Of a stretch of DNA of 64,000 nt, positions 28,267 through 40,317 are shown piece by piece (within the stretch, counting starts at the first letter, position 1; the number at the start of each line of letters is the position of its first letter). The translations under genes were made by a program, and so were the position numbers. Below the pieces are notes generated by a model. It saw only the letters and a list, made by a program, of their open reading frames with translations. It was not told where the DNA came from and did not search any database. The DNA comes from Anaeramoeba ignava BMAN. Lineage: Eukaryota; Protista; Anaeramoebae. Location: assembly GCA_028826165.1 (NCBI GenBank), contig JAPDFW010000067.1, positions 406,366 through 470,365 of the forward strand. The letters are read 5' to 3'.

Positions 28267-30984
28267 TTAAATCATTTCAATTCCTCCTGATTTTTCAAGT
28301 TCTTTTTCTCTTTTTTTGATAATTCTTTTGATACTATTTTTTTGTTTCTTCATCAAAACAACAACAACAATAATTGCTGCAATAACAACAACTGGAATAA
28401 CAATTCCCATAACAATTATTGGTGTTTTTGATGAACTAGCACTTGTTTGAGTTGGAATAGAAGGTACGAGTGAAGTTGTTGAATTAATTCCTGAATATTC
28501 ACTTCCAAGACAATTTTCATCAGCTGATGCAACAACCCAAATAACGTATTCTTCTTCTCCATTTAATCCTGAGGCTGAATAAAAATTTGTAGATTTGGGT
28601 AAACAGATAGAAACTATTCCATAATGAAATAAATATCTGGCCAATCCAGATGATAAAATCAATGCATCCCAAGTGCAAACAAATCCATAATTTATTGCAT
28701 AACAATTTAATGAAGTAATATTTCCTAATTTAGCTCTTGTTGAAATAATTGAACTTGGTAATCCTAAATATGGTGTTTCACAATTTAAATCAATACATCC
28801 TCGAATTGAAATATTATATTCAATATTTCCTGATATTCCACTTATTATTCCAATAACTTCATTTCCACTTAAATTAAGTGATGTGAAATTTTGCCAATTT
28901 GTTCCATTATTAAGTGAAATTGAATAATTATTTGCATTTGTTAATTTTGTGAAATTAAATTCAATTTCTTCAGTTTTGGAAATTGTTTCATAAATTGTTG
29001 GAGCTATTGTGAAATTATCAGTTGTAATTGAAATTGATGAAGTATATCCACATTTTCCATTTGAATTACATGATGATATATTGATTTGATATTCTTGATT
29101 TGGTAATTGAACTGTAAATTGTTGATTTGATGAAGTTGGTTGATAATTTCCTGAATCATTTTGAGAAATTGATTGATAAGTAAAATTATAATAAAATGGA
29201 ATTGAACAATTAATTGGTTGATTCCAATTACAATTAATATCGACTAACTTTGAAATTGAACATGAAAAATTTGTAACTTCTCCAAATAATAATGGGAATA
29301 ATGATTCAACAATTTCTCCTTTATCATCTCCTTCACATTCTTGTGTTCTACATCCACAAATTGAAATATTATAATCATTTTCACATTCAAAATTATTCCA
29401 AAGATAATCAAGTGAAGAATTATCAACTGAAATGAAAGATATTAAATCAGGTTGAGATTGATTGAAATAAGAAAGATTATAATGATCAAGATGAGCAATT
29501 CCTTCATTGATTTGAACATTTGGATAGTTCCAAGTAACATTAATTGAATTGTTTGAAGGATTTGATAATTGAAAATCTTTTACAGAATCAATTTTTGTTG
29601 TTAAATTAATCAAAGAAGAAGATTCACCACATTTCATTGATACATTATTACAAGCTTGAATTTGAATTGAATAATATTCATTTCCAGTAATATTATCATA
29701 AAATGAAGAATTGAATTGCTGATAATAAACATTCTCATCTTCAAGAATTGGAGAATCAATATCAATCCAATCATATCCATAATTAATTTGATATTCCAAA
29801 GTTGTAATTTGAATTTCATCCCAATAACAATCAAATGATGAAAATGAAGATGAACAATTAACAATATTAACTTGAGGAATTAGTTTATATTCATAAACAA
29901 ATGCTTGATTTGCACCAAAAGCTCCAATAGCAGTAAAATTCTCATAAATTGAAACAGAATTTCCAAAATTTGAAGCTGGTCCATTCAAAATTTGTTCAAG
30001 ATTCCAGATTGATTCATTATATCTGTAAATAAATACTTGATTTACAGCAGAAGCTCCAATAGCAATAGCATCTTCATGAATTGAAACACTTCTTCCAAAA
30101 TTTAAAGCTGATGATTCATTCAATATTTGTTCTTCATTCCAAATTGATCCATTATATCTGTAAATAAATGTTTGATTTGCACCATAAGCACCAATAACAG
30201 TAAAATTCTCATAAATCGAAACAGAAAATCCAAAATATGAAGCTGATTCATTCAAATTTTGTTCTTGATTCCAAAATGTTCCATTATATCTGTAAATAAA
30301 TGTTTGATTTGCACCATAAGCTCCAACAACAATAACATCTTTATGAATTGAAACAGAATATCCAAAAAATAAAGCTGAAGGTTCACTCAAAATTTGTTCT
30401 TGATTCCAAAATGTTCCATTATATCTGTAAATAAATACTTGATTTGCATAATCAGCTCCAATAACAGTAACATTCTCATAAATTGAAACAGAAATTCCAA
30501 AATGTGTAACTGAAGATTCATTCAAAATTTGTTCTTCATTCCAAATTGATCCATTATATCTGTAAATAAATACTTGATTTGCATAATCAGCTCCAATAAC
30601 AGTAACATCTTCATAAACTGAAACAGAAATTCCAAAATGTGTAACTGAAGATTCATTCAAAGTTTGTTCAAGTTCAAAATTTGTTCCATTATATCTGTAA
30701 ATAAATGCTTGATTTAAATAACGAGTTCCAATAACAAGAACATCTTTATAAATTGAAACAGAAAATCCAAAATATCCTGATGAACTTGGAAATTGATCTA
30801 ATAAATTCCAAATCCAAGCTTCATCTGGAGTAGAATAATATCTTGTTGTTTCTGTTAATGTTTTTATTTCTGTTAATATTGGTGATATTAATGATGAAAT
30901 TGATTTTTGATTTTGGTTTGATTGAATTAAGAAAATATTGATAATTAAGAAAAAGTAAAAGGAAAAGAAAAGAATTGATTTCAT
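28267..30984 (-). CDS. Type I membrane protein: signal peptide, 7 FG-GAP-like repeats (beta-propeller), FN3 domains, TM, basic tail (paralog 1)
   Basis: Seven ~45-aa repeats FGxSVSIxxxxxxIGAxxxNQxFIYRYNGxxW; FN3-type W..P/Y.I.I..C segments; C-terminal hydrophobic helix followed by KKQK. Confidence 0.85.
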   Translation of the reverse strand: MKSILFFSFYFFLIINIFLIQSNQNQKSISSLISPILTEIKTLTETTRYYSTPDEAWIWNLLDQFPSSSGYFGFSVSIYKDVLVIGTRYLNQAFIYRYNGTNFELEQTLNESSVTHFGISVSVYEDVTVIGADYANQVFIYRYNGSIWNEEQILNESSVTHFGISVSIYENVTVIGADYANQVFIYRYNGTFWNQEQILSEPSALFFGYSVSIHKDVIVVGAYGANQTFIYRYNGTFWNQEQNLNESASYFGFSVSIYENFTVIGAYGANQTFIYRYNGSIWNEEQILNESSALNFGRSVSIHEDAIAIGASAVNQVFIYRYNESIWNLEQILNGPASNFGNSVSIYENFTAIGAFGANQAFVYEYKLIPQVNIVNCSSSFSSFDCYWDEIQITTLEYQINYGYDWIDIDSPILEDENVYYQQFNSSFYDNITGNEYYSIQIQACNNVSMKCGESSSLINLTTKIDSVKDFQLSNPSNNSINVTWNYPNVQINEGIAHLDHYNLSYFNQSQPDLISFISVDNSSLDYLWNNFECENDYNISICGCRTQECEGDDKGEIVESLFPLLFGEVTNFSCSISKLVDINCNWNQPINCSIPFYYNFTYQSISQNDSGNYQPTSSNQQFTVQLPNQEYQINISSCNSNGKCGYTSSISITTDNFTIAPTIYETISKTEEIEFNFTKLTNANNYSISLNNGTNWQNFTSLNLSGNEVIGIISGISGNIEYNISIRGCIDLNCETPYLGLPSSIISTRAKLGNITSLNCYAINYGFVCTWDALILSSGLARYLFHYGIVSICLPKSTNFYSASGLNGEEEYVIWVVASADENCLGSEYSGINSTTSLVPSIPTQTSASSSKTPIIVMGIVIPVVVIAAIIVVVVLMKKQKNSIKRIIKKREKELEKSGGIEMI

Positions 30985-31651
30985 TTCTGTTTTTTCTTTA
31001 AATAAATAAAAATAAAAATAAAAATAAAAATTGGATTGTTTTGTTTTTTGTTTTTTGTGTTATTTGTGTTTTTTTCTTACTTTTTTTTGTTGTTTTTTTT
31101 AAAAGAAAAAGAAAAAGAAAAAAGAAAAAAGAAAAAATGATCTTTTGTTTTTTTTTTTAAATTTTTTTTAATTAATTTAATTTTAAAAAAAAATTTTTTT
31201 TCTTGTTTTCTTTTTAATTTTAAATATTTTTGGAATATTTTGGGATATTTATCTGTTTTATCTTTTTTTCTTTTGGTTTCTTTTTCAATAATTTCTCTTT
31301 AAATTGTTTTTCTTTTTGTTAATTTTGATTTAAAATAAATTAAATTAAATTTTTTTTGATTTTTATTTTGATTTAATTGGAAATAATCAATTCCAATTTG
31401 AATTTTTATTAATTATTTCTTGTTTAAATTTTGGTTTTGAATTTAATTAATAATTTCTTCTTTTTCTTTTTTAAAAAAATCAAAATCAAAATCAAAATCA
31501 AAAAATAATAAATTTGTTTTTTTTTTGTTTTTGTTTTTGTTTTTTTGGAATTTGGAAAATAGATTGTTTTGAATTGAAAAGAAAAAAAGAAAAAAAGAAT
31601 TTGGAAATTAAAATTGAAAAGAAAAAAGAATTTGGAAAATTGGAATTTGAA

Positions 31652-34402
31652 TTAAATATCTAAATCAGCTTGAAGTTCTTTTTCTTCTTGTTCTTGTTTT
31701 TGATTTAGATTTTTGGTTTGTTTTTGTTTTTTTCTTGTTTTTTTCTGATATAAAAGAATTGCAATAATAACTATTAAAATAATAATAATTGGAATAAGAA
31801 TTCCAATAGTTATTGCTGTTGTGTTGGAATTGTTTGAATCAGTTGATTGAGTTGGTTGATAAGGAGATAATATTGTAATTGATGTTGTTGAATTAATTCC
31901 TGAATATTCATTATCTGAACAATTTAAATCAGCTGATGAATAAATTGAAATTTCATAATATTCTCCTCCTTCTAATCCTGAAGTAATTGAATAATGAGGT
32001 GCTAGTAAATTTGTTAAACAAATTGTTATTAAATTGTATTTAAATGAATAAGCTTTTAATCCACTTGATAAAATTAATGAATCCCAACTACAAGCAAATC
32101 CATTAATTATTGCATAACAATTTAATGAAGTAATATTTCCTAATTTAGCTCTTGTTGAAATAATTGAACTTGGTAATCCTAAATATGGTATTTCACAATT
32201 TAAATCAGCACATCCTCGAATTGAAATATTATATTCAATATTTCCTGATATTCCACTTATGATTCCAATAACTTCATTTCCACTTAAATTAAGTGATGTG
32301 AAATTTTGCCAATTTGTTCCATTATTAAGTGAAATTGAATAATTATTTGCATTTGTTAATTTTGTGAAATTAAATTCAATTTCTTCAATTTTGGAAATTG
32401 TTTCATAAATTGTTGGAGCTGCTGGTAAATTATCAGTTGTAATTGAAATTGATGAAATATATCCACATTTTCCATTTGAATTACATGATGAAATATTGAT
32501 TTGATATTCTTGATTTGGTAATTGAACTGTAAATTGTTGATTTGTTGAAGTTGGTTGATAATTTCCTGAATCATTTTGAGAAATTGATTGATAAGTTAAA
32601 TTATAATAAAATGGAATTGAACAATTAATTGGTTGATTCCAATTACAATTAATATCGATTGAATATAAAATTGAACATGAAAAATTTGTAACTTCTCCAA
32701 ATATTAATGAAATTGATGATTCAACAATTTCTCCTTTATCATCTCCTTCACATTCTTGTGTTCTACATCCACAGATTGAAATATTATAATCATTTTCACA
32801 TTCAAAATTATTCAAAAAATAATCAAGTGAAGAATTATCAACTGAAATGAAAGATATTAAATCAGGTTGAGATTGAATGAGATAAGAAAGATTATAATGA
32901 TCAAGATGAGCAATTCCTTCATTGATTTGAACATTTGGATAATTCCAAGTAACATTAATTGAATTGTTTGAAGGATTTGATAATTGAAAATCTTTTACAG
33001 AATCAATTTTTGTTGTTAAATTAATCAAAGAAGAAGATTCACCACATTTCATTGATACATTATTACAAGCTTGAATTTGAATTGAATAATATTCATTTCC
33101 AGTAATATTATCATAAAATGAAGAATTGAATTGCTGATAATAAACATTCTCATCTTCAAGAATTGGAGAATCAATATCAATCCAATCATATCCATAATTA
33201 ATTTGATATTCCAAAGTTGTAATTTGAATTTCATCCCAATAACAATCAAATGATGAAAATGAAGATGAACAATTAACAATATTAACTTGTGGAATTAAAT
33301 TATATTCATAAACAAATGCTTGATTTATAACATAAGCTCCAATAGCAGTAAAATTCTCATAAATTGAAACAGAACTTCCAAAATTTGAAGTTGGTCCATT
33401 CAAAATTTGTTCAAGATTCCAAATTGATTCATTATATCTGTAAATAAATACTTGATTTACAGCAGAAGCTCCAATAGCAATAGCATCTTCATGAATTGAA
33501 ACAGAACCTCCAAAATTTGAAGCTGATTCATTCAATATTTGTTCTTCATTCCAAATTGATCCATTATATCTGTAAATAAATACTTCTTTTGCACCATAAG
33601 CACCAATAACAGTAACATTCTCATAAATCGAAACAGATTGTCCAAAATTTAAAGCTGATTCACTCAAATTTTGTTCTTGATTCCAAAATGTTCCATTATA
33701 TCTGTAAATAAATGTTTGATTTGCACTATGAGTTCCAATAACAATAACATCTTTATGAATTGAAACAGAAGATCCAAAATATGAAACTGATTCACTCAAA
33801 ATTTGTTCTTGATTCCAAATTGATCCATTATATCTGTAAATAAATACTTGATTTGCATAATAAGTACCAATAACAGTAACATTCTCATAAATTGAAACAC
33901 TTCTTCCAAAATTTGAAGCTGATTCATTCAAAATTTGTTCTTCATTCCAAATTGATCCATTATATCTGTAAATAAATACTTGATTTGCATAATCAGCTCC
34001 AATAACAATAACATTCTCATAAACTGAAACAGAAATTCCAAAATGTGTAACTGAAGATTCATTCAAAGTTTGTTCAAGTTCAAAATTTGTTCCATTATAT
34101 CTGTAAATAAATACTTGATTTAAATAACGAGTTCCAATAACAAGAACATCTTTATAAATTGAAACACTCCATCCAAACCATGAACCTGATGAACTTGGAA
34201 ATTGATCTAATAAATTCCAAATCCAAGCTTCATCGAGAGTAGAATAATATCTTGTTGTTTCTGTTAATGTTTTTATTTCTGTTAATATTGGTGATATTAA
34301 TGATGATGAAATTGATTTTTGATTTTGGTTTTGATTTGATTGAATTAAGAAAATATTGATAATTAAGAAAAAGAAAAAGGAAAAGAAAAGAATTGATTTC
34401 AT
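31652..34402 (-). CDS. FG-GAP propeller/FN3 type I membrane protein (paralog 2)
   Basis: 916-aa ORF near-identical to paralog 1 except in the propeller loops and the C-terminus. Confidence 0.85.
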   Translation of the reverse strand: MKSILFFSFFFFLIINIFLIQSNQNQNQKSISSSLISPILTEIKTLTETTRYYSTLDEAWIWNLLDQFPSSSGSWFGWSVSIYKDVLVIGTRYLNQVFIYRYNGTNFELEQTLNESSVTHFGISVSVYENVIVIGADYANQVFIYRYNGSIWNEEQILNESASNFGRSVSIYENVTVIGTYYANQVFIYRYNGSIWNQEQILSESVSYFGSSVSIHKDVIVIGTHSANQTFIYRYNGTFWNQEQNLSESALNFGQSVSIYENVTVIGAYGAKEVFIYRYNGSIWNEEQILNESASNFGGSVSIHEDAIAIGASAVNQVFIYRYNESIWNLEQILNGPTSNFGSSVSIYENFTAIGAYVINQAFVYEYNLIPQVNIVNCSSSFSSFDCYWDEIQITTLEYQINYGYDWIDIDSPILEDENVYYQQFNSSFYDNITGNEYYSIQIQACNNVSMKCGESSSLINLTTKIDSVKDFQLSNPSNNSINVTWNYPNVQINEGIAHLDHYNLSYLIQSQPDLISFISVDNSSLDYFLNNFECENDYNISICGCRTQECEGDDKGEIVESSISLIFGEVTNFSCSILYSIDINCNWNQPINCSIPFYYNLTYQSISQNDSGNYQPTSTNQQFTVQLPNQEYQINISSCNSNGKCGYISSISITTDNLPAAPTIYETISKIEEIEFNFTKLTNANNYSISLNNGTNWQNFTSLNLSGNEVIGIISGISGNIEYNISIRGCADLNCEIPYLGLPSSIISTRAKLGNITSLNCYAIINGFACSWDSLILSSGLKAYSFKYNLITICLTNLLAPHYSITSGLEGGEYYEISIYSSADLNCSDNEYSGINSTTSITILSPYQPTQSTDSNNSNTTAITIGILIPIIIILIVIIAILLYQKKTRKKQKQTKNLNQKQEQEEKELQADLDI

Positions 34403-35236
34403 TTCTGTTGTTTTGTTGCTTTTTTTTTTAAATAAAAATAAATATAAATAAAATAAAAATAAAATAAAATAATTGAATTGTGTTTTTTTATGTTTTTATG
34501 TTTTTTTCTTACTTTGTGTTTTTTTGAATTTTTTTGTTGTTTTTTTTTTGCTTTTTTTTTTTTAAATAAAAAAATAAATAAAAATAATATAAAAATAAAA
34601 ATAAATAAATTGTGTTTTTGTTTTTTGTGTTATTTTTATGTTTTTCTTACTTTTTTTTGTTTTTTTTAAAAGGAAAAGAGAAAAGAAAAAAGAAAAAAGA
34701 AAAAATGATCTTTTGTTTTTTTTTTTAAATTTTTTTTAATTAATTTAATTTTAAAAAAAAATTTTTTTTCTTGTTTTCTTTTTTTAAAATTTTAATTTAA
34801 AATTTAATTTAAAATATTTTTGGAATATTTATCTGTTTTATCTGTTTTATCTTTTTTTCTTTTGGTTTCTTTTTCAATAATTTCTCTTTAAATTGTTTTT
34901 CTTTTTGTTAATTTTAATTTAAATTAAATTAAATTAAATTAAATTTTTTTTTTTATTTTGATTTAATTGGAAATAATTAATTTCTATTTAATTTTATTAA
35001 TTATTTCTTGTTTAAATTTTGGTTTTTGAATTTAATTAATAATTTCTTCTTTTTTCTTTTTTAAAAAAATCAAAATCAAAAATCAAAAATAATAAATTTG
35101 TTTTTGTTTTTGTTTTTGTTTTTGTTTTTTTGGAATTTGGAAAATAGATTGTTTTGAATTGAAAAGAAAGAAAGAAAAAAAGAATTTGGAAATTAAAATT
35201 GAAAAGAAAAAAAGAATTTGAAATTGGAAATTTGAA

Positions 35237-37979
35237 TTAAATATCTAAATCAGCTTGAAGTTCTTTTTCTTCTTGTTCTTGTTTTTGATTTAGATTTTTG
35301 GTTTGTTTTTGTTTTTTTCTTGTTTTTTTCTGATATAAAAGAATTGCAATAATAACTATTAAAATAATAATAATTGGAATAAGAATTCCAATAGTTATTG
35401 CTGTTGTGTTGGAATTGTTTGAATCAGTTGATTGAGTTGGTTGATAAGGAGATAATATTGTAATTGATGTTGTTGAATTAATTCCTGAGTATTCATTATC
35501 TGAACAATTTAAATCAGCTGATGAATAAATTGAAATTTCATAATATTCTCCTCCTTCTAATCCTGAAGTAATTGAATAATGAGGTGCTAGTAAATTTGTT
35601 AAACAAATTGTTATTAAATTGTATCTAAATGAATAAGCTTTTAATCCACTTGATAAAATTAATGAATCCCAACTACAAGCAAATCCATTAATTATTGCAT
35701 AACAATTTAATGAAGTAATATTTCCTAATTTAGCTCTTGTTGAAATAATTGAACTTGGTAATCCTAAATATGGTGTTTCACAATTTAAATCAGCACATCC
35801 TCGAATTGAAATATTATATTCAATATTTCCTGATATTCCACTTATGATTCCAATAACTTCATTTCCACTTAAATCAAGAGATGTGAAATTTTGCCAATTT
35901 GTTCCATTATTAAGTGAAATTGAATAATTATTTGCATTTGTTAATTTTGTAAAATTAAATTCAATTTCTTCAGTTTTGGAAATTGTTTCGTAAATTGTTG
36001 GAGCTGCTGGTAAATTATCAGTTGTAATTGAAATTGATGAAATATATCCACATTTTCCATTTGAATTACATGATGATATATTGATTTGATATTCTTGATT
36101 TGGTAATTGAACTGTGAATTGTTGATTTGTTGAAGTTGGTTGATAATTTCCTGAATCATTTTGAGAAATTGATTGATAAGTTAAATTATAATAAAATGGA
36201 ATTGAACAATTAATTGGTTGATTCCAATTACAATTAATATCGATTGAATATAAAATTGAACATGAAAAATTTGTAACTTCTCCAAATATTAATGGGAATA
36301 ATGATTCAACAATTTCTCCTTTATCATCTCCTTCACATTCTTGTGTTCTACATCCACAGATTGAAATATTATAATCATTTTCACATTCTAAATTATTCAA
36401 AAAATAATCAAGTGAAGAATTATCAACTGAAAAGAAAGATATTAAATCAGGTTGAGATTGATTGAAATAAGAAAGATTATAATGATCAAGATGTGCAATT
36501 CCTTCATTGATTTGAACATTTGGATAATTCCAAGTAACATTAATTGAATTGTTTGAAGGATTTGATAATTGAAAATCTTTTACAGAATCAATTTTTGTTG
36601 TTAAATTAATCAAAGAAGAAGATTCACCACATTTCATTGATACATTATTACAAGCTTGAATTTGAATTGAATAATATTCATTTCCAGTAATATTATCATA
36701 AAATGAAGAATTGAATTGCTGATAATAAACATTCTCATCTTCAAGAATTGGAGAATCAATATCAATCCAATCATATCCATAATTAATTTGATATTCCAAA
36801 GTTGTAATTTGAATTTCATCCCAATAACAATCAAATGATGAAAATGAAGATGAACAATTAACAATATTAACTTGAGGAATTAAATTATTCATAAACAAAT
36901 GCTTGATTTACAACATAAGCTCCAATAGCAGTAAAATTCTCATAAATTGAAACAGAATTTCCAAAATTTGAAGTTGGTCCATTCAAAATTTGTTCAAGAT
37001 TCCAAATTGATTCATTATATCTGTAAATAAATACTTGATTTACAACAGAAGCTCCAATAGCAATAGCATCTCCATGAATTGAAACAGAATATCCAAAATA
37101 TGAAGCTGATTCATTCAATATTTGTTCTTCATTCCAAATTGATCCATTATATCTGTAAATAAATACTTCTTTTGCACCATAAGCACCAATAACAGTAAAA
37201 TTCTCATAAATCGAAACAGAAAATCCAAAATTTAAAGCTGATTCACTCAAATTTTGTTCTTGATTCCAAAATGTTCCATTATATCTGTAAATAAATGTTT
37301 GATTTGCACTATGAGTTCCAATAACAATAACATCTTTATGAATTGAAACAGAAGATCCAAAATATGAAACTGATTCACTCAAAATTTGTTCTTGATTCCA
37401 AATTGATCCATTATATCTGTAAATAAATACTTGATTTGCATAATAAGTACCAATAACAGTAACATTCTCATAAATTGAAACACTTCTTCCAAAATTTGAA
37501 GCTGATTCATTCAAAATTTGTTCTTCATTCCAAATTGATCCATTATATCTGTAAATAAATACTTGATTTGCATAATCAGCTCCAATAACAATAACATTCT
37601 CATAAATTGAAACAGAAATTCCAAAATGTGTAACTGAAGATTCATTCAAAGTTTGTTCAAGTTCAAAATTTGTTCCATTATATCTGTAAATAAATACTTG
37701 ATTTAAATAACGAGTTCCAATAACAAGAACATCTTTATAAATTGAAACACTCCATCCAAAATATCCTGAACTTGGAAATTGATCTAATAAATTCCAAATC
37801 CAAGCTTCATCTGGAGTAGAATAATATCTTGTTGTTTCTGTTAATGTTTTTATTTCTGTTAATATTGGTGATATTAATGATGATGAAATTGATTTTTGAT
37901 TTTGGTTTTGATTTGATTGAATTAAGAAAATATTGATAATTAAGAAAAAGAAAAAGGAAAAGAAAAGAATTGATTTCAT
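35237..37979 (-). pseudogene. FG-GAP propeller/FN3 type I membrane protein (paralog 3), split by a 2-nt deletion near 36886 (pseudogene or assembly error)
   Basis: ORFs 36885-37979 and 35237-36898 together align to paralog 2. Paralog 2 has TAAATTATATTCATA where this copy has TAAATTATTCATA. Confidence 0.7.
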
Positions 37980-38489
37980 TTCTGTTGTTTTGTTGCTTTT
38001 TTTTTTAAATAAAAATAAATATAAATAAAATAAAATAAATTAAAATAATTGAATTGTGTTTTTTTATGTTTTTGTGTTTTTTTCTTACTTTGTGTTTTTT
38101 TGAATTTTTTTGTTGTTTTTTTTTTTGCTTTTTTTTTTTTAAATAAAAATATAAAAATAAAAATAAAATAAAAATAAATATAAATATTTGTGTTTTTGTT
38201 TTTTGTGTTATTTTTATGTTTTTCTTACTTTTTTTTTGTTTTTTTTTAAAAGGAAAAGAGAAAAAGAAAAAAAGAAAAAAGAAAAAATGATCTTTTGTTT
38301 TTTTTTTTTTAAATTTTTTTTAATTAATTTAATTTTAAAAAAAAAATTTTTTTTCTTGTTTTCTTTTTTTAAAATTTTAATTTAAAATTTAATTTAAAAT
38401 ATTTTTGGAATATTTATCTGTTTTATCTTTTTTTCTTTTGGTTTCTTTTTCAATAATTTCTCTTTAAATTGTTTTTCTTTTTGTTAATT

Positions 38490-40253
38490 TTAATTATTAA
38501 ATTTGTTAATTAATAAATCAAATAAATTTGGATTTGTTTGATTTAATTGAAAATAATCAATTCCAATTTGAATTTCATCAATTATTTCTTGTGTAATTTT
38601 AATTTCATCTTTAATTTGATTTGAATAAATCCAATATTCAAATATTTGAAATGATTTATTACTTAATTCACTATAATCTGTAACTTTATTAGATTTATCA
38701 TTTGTTACAGATAAAAACATTCCTCGATATAATTCACTTCTCATTATTAATATTAATTTAGGAAATTTATATTGTTTTTCTTTTCTTTCAATTATAAAAT
38801 CTTTTTCATTTTCATTTAAATAAATTCTTTTCATTGTTTCTTCAATTTTTTCATTTGAATTTATAATTTCTTTAATTTCTGAATATAATTTTGGATTTAT
38901 AATTCTGTTTGAATAAATCATTTCAAATATTTGATTTGATTCTTTAATTGATTTATTTGAAATAATTTCTTGAAGTTTTTCAATTTCATTTTGATTTTGA
39001 TTTTGATTTAATCTATATTTTAATATTAATTTATGAGCTTCAATTATTTCTCCATTTTTGGTTTTAAATAAAATATCACAAAATTCTTTTCTTCTAAATA
39101 ATTTTATCAAATCTTCTTCAAGATTGGAAAAAGAAGATGAAAAATAAGAAGGAGAATAATAAAGAAATGATTTGTGATATCCACAAGAAATATGATAATT
39201 GGAAATATTTCCATTAAATCTTAATTTAGGAAGTTTAATTTGAATTGGAATTGATTTAATTTTTTTGTTTTTATTTCCTAATTGACCAAAATAATTATTT
39301 CCAAAAGCTAATAATTTCCCTTTGGAAGTTAAAATCAAAGTATGAGAATGTCCACAAGAAAAATCAAGAATATTATCGTTTTTAAATAAAGATGATTTGA
39401 TTTCAGTAAATATAGATGAATGTGTTATTTTTGATAAGCCTATATAATCACTTCCACATGAATAAAGTTTTCTTTTTGGATTTTCATTTTCATTTTCATT
39501 TTCAATCAACATTATTGAATGAAGATATCCAGATTGAATATCAATTATTTTGCCTTTTGGAATATTTTGGATTTTGGTTGGTTTATATGATAGTTTTTCA
39601 TCTTCAATTTCTGATTCTCCTAATCCAAGTTGACTATATCTATTATATCCGCATCCAAATAATTCTTGATTTGAATTTAAAAGAAAAACAAATTGAGAAG
39701 AATTTCCTGAAAATATTTTAGAAACATTTTTCATCATTAAAATTGGTTTTTGTATGAAATTTGATGAATCAAAACCAAGTTGACCAAAACTATTTGAACC
39801 AATTCCATAAGCATTTTGATTTGAAGTTAATAAGTAAATTGATCCGTTTCCAGAAACAATATTTTGAATTACTCTATCATTTGTATCTTCAATTAATGAT
39901 GAAATATTGATAAATTCTTTTGGATTATTTGAATTAATATAATCTCCTTTGGCAAATACATTTCCTTCTAATGTTAAAATAGCTTCATTTTGAGAACCAA
40001 CAGTTACTTTTTGAATATTTTCTTCAATTTGGATTTTTGAAGGATTTTGTTTTGGATCATTTTTATTTGAATATTCTATTGCTTTTCCATTTTCGAAAAG
40101 GAAAATTATTGAAAAAAAACCTGTTGAAATTTGTTTAATTTGTTTTTCGTTTTCATTTTTAAATTTAAATTTAATTGGTTTTATTATTTTAATTGGTTCA
40201 TTTTTGATAATTTTTGGTTCTTCATTTTGACCAAAAAATAAAATTTCATTCAT
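38490..40253 (-). CDS. RCC1-repeat + BTB/POZ domain protein
   Basis: GIGSNSFGQLG, GCGYNRYSQLG, SCGHSHTLIL...FGNNYFGQLG repeats; C-terminal FCDI..AHKLIL and KLILIMRSELYRGMF..YWIYSN BTB-like blocks. Confidence 0.88.
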   Translation of the reverse strand: MNEILFFGQNEEPKIIKNEPIKIIKPIKFKFKNENEKQIKQISTGFFSIIFLFENGKAIEYSNKNDPKQNPSKIQIEENIQKVTVGSQNEAILTLEGNVFAKGDYINSNNPKEFINISSLIEDTNDRVIQNIVSGNGSIYLLTSNQNAYGIGSNSFGQLGFDSSNFIQKPILMMKNVSKIFSGNSSQFVFLLNSNQELFGCGYNRYSQLGLGESEIEDEKLSYKPTKIQNIPKGKIIDIQSGYLHSIMLIENENENENPKRKLYSCGSDYIGLSKITHSSIFTEIKSSLFKNDNILDFSCGHSHTLILTSKGKLLAFGNNYFGQLGNKNKKIKSIPIQIKLPKLRFNGNISNYHISCGYHKSFLYYSPSYFSSSFSNLEEDLIKLFRRKEFCDILFKTKNGEIIEAHKLILKYRLNQNQNQNEIEKLQEIISNKSIKESNQIFEMIYSNRIINPKLYSEIKEIINSNEKIEETMKRIYLNENEKDFIIERKEKQYKFPKLILIMRSELYRGMFLSVTNDKSNKVTDYSELSNKSFQIFEYWIYSNQIKDEIKITQEIIDEIQIGIDYFQLNQTNPNLFDLLINKFNN

Positions 40254-40317
40254 TTTTGAAAATAAAAAAAATGAATTTTCATTTTTTCATTTTTCAATTT
40301 TTTCATTTTATTTTTAA

